Shown here piece by piece: positions 51,848-60,983 of a stretch of DNA of 64,000 bases (position 1 is its first letter; every line of letters starts with the position of its first letter). The stretch spans positions 56,172,001 through 56,236,000 of the forward strand of contig OZ076416.1 in assembly GCA_964187785.1 (NCBI GenBank), given 5' to 3'. The translations under genes and the position numbers were made by a program. The DNA comes from Amphiscolops sp. MND2022 (taxonomy: Eukaryota). The notes below the pieces were generated by a model. The model did no database searches and was not told where the DNA came from. It worked only from the letters and a program-made list of their open reading frames with translations.

Positions 51848-52330
51848 GTAAAAGGCATCAAAAGGTTTTTTTGGGATACCAAAAAAGGGCCTGTTTTTGT
51901 TGTTTTTAATATTGGCCTGATCTAAGGAAGGAATTCTTTTACTACTTGGAAGAGGGAATCTAAGGAGGGAATTCTCTGACCAAAGTATCAAAAAATTCGA
52001 CAAATTTTCGAAATTTGCCAAATCATTGAAAGATTTGGCAATTTTCGATTCACTAAGAGAGAATTGCATGCTGAATGTATTTTTTGAAAATGTATACGAA
52101 ACTAAATCGTTTGAATGAAATCGTTTTGCATGCAAATGAAATTGCTGTATGCTCAAATGAAAGGAAAGTTCGTCGATATTAAAATGTTTTTCATCACAAT
52201 GAAAAAAAATCTCACATGATTGAAATTGGATTTCAACCATATGAAATTGTCTCAAAATAAAATGACAATGAATATTCGGTTTAATAAAATAGAATTGGAA
52301 TTTGTATAGACATTCAGGTGCCAAACTAGC
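51848..52330 (-). repeat. Inverted partner of the 32400-32893 repeat
   Basis: See 32400-32893. Homology stops at TTTTACT in both copies. Confidence 0.7.
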
Positions 52331-54323
52331 GCGCGAGTAGAACTTGGTTTGCACCGCCGCTCAGCTAGTTCAGCGTTGTTTTCTGCTGATACAGTTGCAA
52401 TTTATGACCAACTTCGAATGTCCATACCCTTTCAAAATTAAATAGATTTCTAATTTGTTTGTTATAACATATGATACACTATCAATCGAGTATATTCAGC
52501 TCGAATGTAGCGCAATTTTCTGCGTCTCTCAGGGAGAAAAGGGGTAGCATACAAAGAAGTTTGGGGCTTCATTTTTCTCTAATTGATTGATGGGAAGATC
52601 GGAAGTCACTGAAAATACCTGAAAGTTTTTGGAAAATGCAACAAACTTTCATTTCACAATTTTTGAGCCTTTCAGCGCTGTTTTTGTTGCAATTCATCCT
52701 ACGTTTAGAGTAGATTTGACGTTACAATGACGTCATTTTCTTTTGTCGCGCTAACCACTGCCATCGTGATGCCACATCTTGTGCTCGCGCGTACCTCAGA
52801 CGAGATTGACGGATCGCTGAGCAAGGCTTTTTCAACTTGCAGGTTCCGAACACTGGTTGAATTGAAACATCGAAGAGCTGTTCGATGAAACCGAAGCCTT
52901 GCAACACCGACAGACCAAACCAACAATCAAAATGAAACAAGGTGTGTTCAAAGACGGAGACCAACGAATGACAAAGAAAAACTTCCAAAGGTCCTCGATG
53001 TCTAGATAAAACGAGAAAGTTATCCAAAAAGCCTGTGTCTTCTGACGCTACGACAATTCATATGTCCCTACAAGTAAAAAAACATGCGGAAATTGATTAA
53101 AACTGTTGAAATAGGAGAAAAGTTTGCTTGTGGGCTTTTCTGAAGAAAGCTGTAACTTTTTTTCCAGAAGACGTACAGAACAGTTGTTCTGTTCGTATTT
53201 CATTTCGCTGTGAAGTGTCAAAAATGGAAAAATTTCGGATCTTTTACATAATTGAGTCTTCTAAAGGTTTTCAAAATTACGTTTCTGTCAGCAGAGATTG
53301 CTAGAATGATAACTTTTTCATTTTTGAACGATGGATGCAGTAACATTGACCAAAACTTCCACACGTAGGAGAAGAATTACAACGAAGTGCCCAAAAATGA
53401 ACAAAAACGTTCGTGCATAGAAAGGGCTTCTAAAAATAATAAACTGCTGATTGCTCTATCAAGAAGTCCCTCTATCCAATGAATACTTTTTGGAATTTGC
53501 AGGATTTCATAACTATTTAAATCATTCGAAAATTGTACAGAAATTGTTTGAAACATGTCAAACCATGAAAATGATGGAAAGTGTCATATTTGTTTTGGTT
53601 TAGAATGTGTTTTTTTGTGTGAATCTAGTTCCTTTCTATTCAAAGATTCTGAATTGCCCGTCATAAAAGCGTACAAGATGACTGTTGCTTCGTCTTTGAA
53701 ATCTGTGAGTGTTCGATAGTTTCGTTCAAAATTTTACAGAATAGGCTTTTAAGCAGTCAAAAGTTTGACCTTCTTTTTTGATGTGATATTCATGCTTTTT
53801 GGAAGATAAAACAGACTACTCTCCGTAACAACTTACGGGCAGCTAGCTAGTTCGCTGTTAAGGTCTTTGGATATTCTAATTGTTCGAAGTGTTCAAAATC
53901 TGTTTGAAAATTGCCTTCATAGCTCATTCTGGAACACTTCTTCAACAAAACTTTTCGAGTAATTCTTCTGAAAAGTGTCATGAAAAGCTGGTGGTCTATT
54001 CACTTTAAATTTTTTGGAGTTCCTAATCTATGACATTTTTGTGTCATTTTGGGGGCAATCAACAGTCCAAAAATTGCTACAACCACATATTGCACGAATT
54101 AAGTTCATATCAGTCGATTTCTATATGTGAACCTCTTCAATTTGCGTTGATTTTGGATCCAAGAAAATTTTGTAAAATGCAACTGAGTAAGTAATTTTTC
54201 TTCCAATGTGGAAATATGGGAGGAAAATAGTAAATACGTACCCTTACTCAACCACCATTTCCGATTGCCAACTCAACCTGTTACCGAAAAATGAAATGTT
54301 TCTGAATTGTTTCCTATCATCTA

Positions 54324-54735
54324 CCCAGGTTTTCGATCTTTGCGAATCTGTGCAGATCTGCAGGATTTTTGCAGATCTTTGCAGATATGTGCAGATTCGA
54401 AGAAAAATGACCTTATCAGAAACACACTAAAAACCAAACAGCGATGTCAAACGAATAATAAAAGTGTTTAAAACTCGAGAGTATCAACTGACTGAGCCTT
54501 GGTCAGCTAAAATAGTTGATGAAGTAGTTAAAGAAGTCCAAAAATGCAGTCATTGGTTCCTTAGAAGCTGCAGAAAAACATATTTCTGCAAAAATCTTTA
54601 AAGAAAATCTGCACACTTCTGTAAAGATCTTGCAGATCTGTATGGATCTTCAAGATTCAGTGCAACGATCTTTGCAGAACCCTGCAGAAAAAATCCTGCA
54701 GATCTGCACAGATTCGCAAAGATCGAAAACCTGGG
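54324..54735. mobile_element. MITE with about 45-bp TIRs and TA target duplication
   Basis: TA|CCCAGGTTTTCGATCTTTGCGAATCTGTGCAGATCTGCAGG...CCTGCAGATCTGCACAGATTCGCAAAGATCGAAAACCTGGG|TA. GCAGATCT subterminal repeats. Confidence 0.85.
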
Positions 54736-55499
54736 TAGTGGAAGCAACTTGTGGCTTGGATAGAAAGTTACTTTGTTAACACAATGGAACATTTTGAATT
54801 TTTGAAATTATCAGGGATTAACAGGCAAAAAGGCTTTTATCCGTTGGGAATTCACACGTTTTTTGTAGTTTGAATGTACATGAATGAAATGCAGGAAAGT
54901 TTAAAAGTTTTAAAAGGTGAAGCGGTTTGGTCAAATAACATGCCTTTCCTAATTCAGACATTTTGATTGAGTCGTCAACCAAAATGATTTAATAACCCTT
55001 CTATCTTTTAAAACCCAACCAATTCTTTAATAACTTAGTTTCCTTGCTTGTGCCAAAGAAACTTTCATCTTGCTGACGTCATCTATTTCTAAAACACTTA
55101 TTTGAATGACATCAAGGTCGTCTTTTTTAGTGAAAACAAATAAGTACTGGGTTTCAAGTTTTTTGAAATCTTCAGAAGGAAAGTAAAAAATCGCATCTTG
55201 AAAATTGAGTGTTATAGCACAGACCCTGTACGGAATATAACAAAGTTCCGTTGTGAAGAAACAAGCCGTGAAACACCAAATTTTGAGGCTGAAAAATCAC
55301 AGCGTTCGTCCTGTATTTTCAGGGGTCGGTTTCAGAACTTTGAATTTTTCCAATTGAGACGAAATCAAACTTTACTTTTGGATCACCTGAAATGAATTAG
55401 ATAGAAAGCGAAACGCTTTATTCAAATGTTACACGGAAGTAGTAAACGAGAAGGAAACGATGCCATTCAGTGTCAGGTCTCTAATCACGCGAGAAATCT

Positions 55500-55940
55500 G
55501 GACAATGAAATCAGTAAACTTCACTTTGAAATTAGAAGCAAAATGTTTTTGCACACATCCGATGTAACTGTTTTTAGTCGGCGCTTTTCTAGCGAAAAGT
55601 GCCCGACTCTTACAGTGGGTAGTTTTTTTGCAGACCACAGACATCACCCTGTTTGTCCGACTTTTTGTGCACTGTTCCCATTTACCAAATGTACTTAGCA
55701 TCTGATTTTGAAAGTATCCAAAGCCTCTAACATGAAATACAAAACCCTTACAAAGCGGAATGGTCCCCCTTCCCAATTTTCGGCACTACCAGACTGTTCG
55801 ATATTATTATTTTTCGTTTTTTTTGTTTTTTTTTTCAAACTTTTTAATGTCTCCAAAGGGCCCCCTTTTTACGATTTAAAAATTTTTTAAGGCTTTTTGA
55901 GCCTGAGATATAGCGCCGTTTTCAGACGTTCTCGTCTTTT
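55500..55940 (+). repeat. Helentron/HINE-like repeat copy abutting the Gypsy LTR
   Basis: TTTTAGTCGGCGCTTTT about 55513. Ends GATATAGCGCCGTTTTCAGACGTTCTCGTCTTTT. Confidence 0.6.
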
Positions 55941-55949
55941 TGGTTGTGT

Positions 55950-56451
55950 TGTTAACCGGTGATTTTAGTTACTTAGGACTCGCTTTCTAACTTTGCAATA
56001 AGTCTCAAAAAGTTGTTATAAAATGAAGATAAATTAAAAGAGGGGTGTTTATAAGATAGAATAATTCTCTAAGTCGAGCTTTTCAGACTTTAGAATATTT
56101 CTAAGTTAAATATCAGGACTCTTTGTCAGCTGAATTTAAGGGAGAGTTTCAAGTCAGAGAGCAAAGTAAGGAAAGAAATAGAAGAGAAGAGAGCGAGTGA
56201 ATTCTCAGTGTTCCGCGTTGGAATGAGTACCTGTATTTCTCTTTCCAGCTCAGGACAGTTCTACTGTCGCGTGGCTTTTTCCTATTGGCTGAGCATTAAA
56301 GGAATTTGGGAATTGCAATTTCCTTTTAGCGCGTTGCTATTCGCTTAGAAATTAAAATGCTCTAATAATTCCGCTTTGGAAATTATTATGTCTCTGAGTC
56401 AATTTCCTCTGTTGGGAAAATGAACTAAATTAGAAATAGCGCATTGCTACA
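55950..56451 (-). repeat. Putative 3' LTR (about 500 bp, TGTAGC...TTAACA)
   Basis: Begins TG directly after the PPT and has a pyrimidine-rich R-like tract. The distal boundary is inferred from a CA end; no second LTR in the window to confirm it. Confidence 0.65.
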
Positions 56452-56460
56452 ACTCACCCC
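56452..56460 (-). promoter_or_regulatory. Polypurine tract GGGGTGAGT
   Basis: Immediately precedes TGTAGCAATG on the minus strand. Confidence 0.65.
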
Positions 56461-56664
56461 AGTTGGCAGAGGAGACTGCATTAGTCGTAATACCAAAATC
56501 AATTAATGGGTATAATGGTTATAAAATGGATATAATGAATAATGGGTAAAGCTTTATGTAAAGTTTACGTTAAGGTAAAGAAATTTTAAAAGTTAAATAT
56601 GTTTAAGCAAATTATCATGTTAAAAGAGTTTCAGTTTTTGTTGAAGAGCAGTTTATAGGGGCTT

Positions 56665-58223
56665 TTAATGATTCTTTCCGGTTGGGACTTGTTTCGTGTT
56701 GACAGGCCAGGGTAATCTAGTGCATTTGGTTTTCCATTCTGGATCCTTGTCGAAGTTATAGGCGATGGGGTAGTATACAGTTGATAGTCTGGCTTTTACA
56801 TTTCCTCGTTTTAGGTTAAATATGGAATACTTCTCATACTGTTGCCAATCCCAGTGGTCTGCATGGGTTAACAGGGCGTGTAGGCATTTTTCTAATTTTT
56901 CATATTGTTTCCCATCTACTGCTTGGATTAACTGGATAGCCTCTGCACTTTGAATGTCAATCTCGACTCTCATTATTTGCAGTTGTTTGATCAATTTGTC
57001 GATGTTAGCTTGGTCTTTGAGCCTGGTGTCCTTTTTATCAAGGATTTCCTTGAACTGTTTATTTGCCTCATCGAAGGCATCAAGTTTTTCTTTGAGAAGA
57101 ATGTTTGTTTTGTTGGACTCCAAGAGTTGACTTTGAAGTGACTCCGCTTTGGAGGTCGCTTCTTCAATTTGGCTCTTCAGTTCCTTGTTCTCATCGAAAA
57201 GGTCTGATGTTACTCTTTCGGAGATCTCTAACTTAAATTCTGCTCGAGTTGCATTCTCTTTAGCCATTGCTCGTGATCGATTGGCAGAGCAGAGGGCATT
57301 CTTTAAGTTGGCTAGTTCGATATTCAGACTACGGTTTTGCTGTTCAAATTCGGCAATTGCGAATTCAGTTTTCCAGAGTGCAGCGGTAAGATTGGTATCA
57401 GGTGTGTCTATCCACTCTTCATTTTTTGTTTGTGTAGTCGCATTGACTGTTGGTTGTTTGTTGTGTGAGATTTGGGAATTATCATGATGTGATTCCTTGG
57501 AAGCTGGTGTACTGATTGACGAGCTACAAGTACTGGCGTTGTCGTTAAACAGGAGTTTGGGTCGTCAGGAAACGCGGTGATTACACCAAAGGGGGCTTTA
57601 ATTAGAGAATCAATTTGATGGTTGTAGATTACGTACTTCCTTTCTTCGGGAAGACGATCTTTTAGTCTCCATTGGTTCATTTCCTTTGGTAGATTAATGT
57701 TTATAGCGGGGCAGCGTTCAGGGGGAATGACAATGGAACAATTCAACTTCTTGTTAACAAGTTCAATTCCTTGTTTAGGTGTGGCAAGGAACCATTCATT
57801 ATGGTCCTTCCTTATACCATACTTCAGGAATTTAATGAATTTTGGGTCGTCTGTATCTATATTTGTCTCTCGGGACTTTTGGATATCAAGTCTTTCTTTA
57901 AGGCTTGGAAACCAATTTTTTTCTTTGGGTAACCCGTCGTCGAGTCTCATTGACACGCACGAGGGGCCTTTAATTTTCCCATCACCGAGTCTCTTTGACA
58001 GGCGGTTAGGGTCTAAGTTCATATCATTTTCCAATTTGGATGTCTTTTTCGGCCAATTTGGCTCAGGAGCTTCAGAGGCTATTCTTTTGTTAGCCTGCCT
58101 GAAGGGTTTGGGGAAGCAGGGCTTTACCCGCTTAGTTTTTCGTGATCGGAAGTTGACATTAGGAGGGCGTAAGTCGTTGGGGATAAAACCTTCAGGTTCG
58201 AACAAGTCAATAGCATCCGACAT
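56665..58223 (-). CDS. Extra ORF (ORF4) of the Gypsy element, about 519 aa if one frameshift at about 57565 is corrected; unknown function, C-terminal coiled coil
   Basis: The frame of ORF 56665-57267 stays open upstream to about 57564 and overlaps ORF 57408-58223. Adding one base at CCTGAC(C)GACCC fuses them. Confidence 0.7.
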
Positions 58224-58517
58224 TATAAATTATATTTGTAGTTGAATATGAAAAGTGAATATCAAAAGCAAGAGAACTGGATAAGTGGAGTAACTGGAGA
58301 ATAAATAGTTGGTATTAGGCTTGAGGTTAAGTAGTTGGCGACTGTACTAAATTTTTGAAAGCGAGTTATATAGGGTTTGTAAGTCAATTTGTGTTTGTGT
58401 CATTATGTTTGTGACCAGAAGAAAAACATCAACAATCACAGTGGTATCTATTCCAAGAAGCCTTATCACTTTTAAGTAAGAGAAATTTCACTAAAGAGTA
58501 AACGTTTTTTGTAAACT

Positions 58518-60872
58518 TTATGGTGGGGGTAATGGAGCATTTCCATTACTGTTGTTATTTGAGGTACTAGGAGCATTTTCATTGACAGTAGTCGGAGCAT
58601 TTCCAGAACTGTTATTGCCATTGTTATTTTGTAAAAAGGTATTTAATGTACTAGGAGCATTTCCTGTTTGATTTAATACATTTGAGTCAGCTCTTTGTCT
58701 TTCATTAAGAGTAGAACCAATCGCAATCGGATTGTTCAAGAGGTGTACTTGAGGATACAAAAGAGTCGGATTTTCTTCGTACATTGGTGCAGCTATAGGT
58801 CTATTGCCTGCAGGGTTCTGCGAGAAACCATTTGAAATCCTTTTATTTTCCTCATTTTCGTACATTGGAGTCTGAAGTGAGAGAACAAATAAATTAAAAG
58901 TTGCGCCTAACATAGTTCTGACAAAACCAAAAGTGGCACCAGAAACTTTTCGAATTTCAAGTCCTCGGAGGACGATGACAACAACATCAATAACGAACTT
59001 TACCAAAAGGAAACAAGCAAAAAAGTTTCCTAAACATTGGATAATATATCCCAATTCGCCAAAAGTTTCCTTGAATTTATCGACGAAAAAAGAAGGCGTC
59101 AACAAGTGATCCAACAGAAGTCTATCATTTAGACTCAAAAGACGTTCCAAGTTTCCCGGTTCGGAAATTCGAACTGAGTTACCTCGAGTCAAAATAGTCC
59201 GAGTAAGCTTCTTCAATAATGTATCAGAAGCAGAGTTGTGGATTACATTATCCCAAAAATTTTTCATTTGATTTGGGGTGTACATTCCAGCACGCCTGGT
59301 GTCGAAAGTTGGAAACTGAGTAATATGTCCAAGTTCAGTTGGCTTGAACAACAAAGGTTTATTGAAAGGCATGGGCTCAGGTAAAAGTTGGTACCAGGAA
59401 TTGTCATTTTCGAGATCAAGTTGAAACACATTTGTGTAATCTCCCAAACAGGGTATCTCGGATGCAAAATCATAAGTCTGACGGGTGATAGGATCTACAA
59501 ATTTCGTAGACCGTTCAAACATGATCGGGATTCGATCATAACATTTATCAAGCACTTTCAAGGGCGACAAAAACTTCGGACAATGGTATAACCATGCGAC
59601 ACTTCCATCGGTGTCAAGGAACATAGACCTGTTTCCAGTTAACATGTAACCGGCAAGTCTTGTGTTTTGCATTGCTAACATTAAAATAGTTAACATTTGA
59701 GTTCGTTCGAGTTCGCATTGACTCTGCAGAAGTGTCATTTCAGAATGCCTCAATTGCTTCGCATTGAAGTACATTATATAGTCTAACTTTGTTCCCAAGT
59801 GCAATTCATAATCAATTTCATCCGCGCCGACGGTATGCCAAGGCTGTGCACCAATCCATTGGCCATTTGATTTGCTGAAAGATAATGACGAATAAGAGAC
59901 CTGGCTAGAGTTGTCAATGGAAAATTGGTAGGCGTTAAAAGCATGTTCTTTAGTTCGTAGTTCTCCACCTGGCATTGCGAAACCTCCTTGGTAAGTCACA
60001 AATAGACTCTCAAAATTTGTTTTGAACAATCGTTCAGGTTTCCCACATAGCTCATAGCTTTCAGGGAAGACTTTGATTTTGAGGTTCATTCCTTTGCCAG
60101 TCTCATTATATTCGCTGATTAGGAAAAATTGGTTTTCGTTTCTGTTCGTTGACAATGGATACTTAAGCATTTTTGCTTCCTGAGTGAGGATTTTTGTCAT
60201 CACGCAGTTTTCGGGAGTATCCCACGTGTAAGCGAATGGGTCTAAAGTAGTGGTCTCGCAACCACCCTCCATTAAAAGACATGGCAATTTTTGTTTATTT
60301 GGATTGGAAACCTCTTTGGTTCCGTGATCGAATGTCAAATTCACACGTTGCATGAACGTCTCGAAGGTATAGTGCTGTACTTGACCACTTGAGCAATGAA
60401 CGGTTGTGCGGACTGATTGTCCATCATTGAAATTCGATTGTTTCTTTGTATCGAATTCAATTGGGTCATCGAAGTTTTCGCTAAAAGACGAAATTTTAAT
60501 TTTGTTCGTCTTTGATGCCTGTCGGCACATTTCAGGGGTAACGATGAGGTCATACGTTATACTATTTTGAGTATGAACGTAGGACGAATGCGAAAACATT
60601 CCACAATTGTAGCGGAAGACATGGGCCTTGACAGAACACATTGTTGCTGCCAGGTCAGTCCGGTAGTTCTTCTGATAAAGTGTGATAGTAGCCGGCGTGA
60701 CATACAAGATTTCTGGTGTAATCTTGCATTCTGCTACCTTATTCAGGGAGTACATTCGATTGTCTTGCATTTTTGTGCAATCGTAATGAGATACAAACAA
60801 GTTCTTTGACACATTGTCAAAGTCATCACTTGCACAAGAAAAAGGAAGAAGTAAAAGAATAAAATAAAACAT
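58518..60872 (-). CDS. env: Envelope glycoprotein, chuvirus-G / herpesvirus gB-like (class III fusion) type, 784 aa, intact
   Basis: Signal peptide MFYFILLLLPFSCAS. Cys-rich ectodomain with HYDC..YSL.KV.EC and C.V....CGMFSH motifs. TM segment at about 58965-59035. About 115-aa Asn/Pro-rich tail. Confidence 0.8.
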   Translation of the reverse strand: MFYFILLLLPFSCASDDFDNVSKNLFVSHYDCTKMQDNRMYSLNKVAECKITPEILYVTPATITLYQKNYRTDLAATMCSVKAHVFRYNCGMFSHSSYVHTQNSITYDLIVTPEMCRQASKTNKIKISSFSENFDDPIEFDTKKQSNFNDGQSVRTTVHCSSGQVQHYTFETFMQRVNLTFDHGTKEVSNPNKQKLPCLLMEGGCETTTLDPFAYTWDTPENCVMTKILTQEAKMLKYPLSTNRNENQFFLISEYNETGKGMNLKIKVFPESYELCGKPERLFKTNFESLFVTYQGGFAMPGGELRTKEHAFNAYQFSIDNSSQVSYSSLSFSKSNGQWIGAQPWHTVGADEIDYELHLGTKLDYIMYFNAKQLRHSEMTLLQSQCELERTQMLTILMLAMQNTRLAGYMLTGNRSMFLDTDGSVAWLYHCPKFLSPLKVLDKCYDRIPIMFERSTKFVDPITRQTYDFASEIPCLGDYTNVFQLDLENDNSWYQLLPEPMPFNKPLLFKPTELGHITQFPTFDTRRAGMYTPNQMKNFWDNVIHNSASDTLLKKLTRTILTRGNSVRISEPGNLERLLSLNDRLLLDHLLTPSFFVDKFKETFGELGYIIQCLGNFFACFLLVKFVIDVVVIVLRGLEIRKVSGATFGFVRTMLGATFNLFVLSLQTPMYENEENKRISNGFSQNPAGNRPIAAPMYEENPTLLYPQVHLLNNPIAIGSTLNERQRADSNVLNQTGNAPSTLNTFLQNNNGNNSSGNAPTTVNENAPSTSNNNSNGNAPLPPP

Positions 60873-60983
60873 CTTGTATAAATAGAGATAGAAACAGTAG
60901 AAAGTTATACAAATGCGCTTTGCATAGGATTTGTTGGGAATGATTTGGCGAGAGAGAGTAGAAAAAGAGAAATGATAATAATA

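Noticed and set aside
52700-53070. GC-richer segment with overlapping 70-100 codon ORFs as a host exon
   Set aside because: No frame with a consistent start, splice phase or recognisable motif. May be a UTR, lncRNA exon or TE remnant.
53825-53975. Minus-strand AG...GTAAGT bounded segment as a coding exon
   Set aside because: All three frames contain stops.
57149-58245. Plus-strand ORFs 57149-57487 and 57697-58245 as antisense genes
   Set aside because: They mirror the minus-strand ORF4 frames, use non-ATG starts and show no recognisable features.
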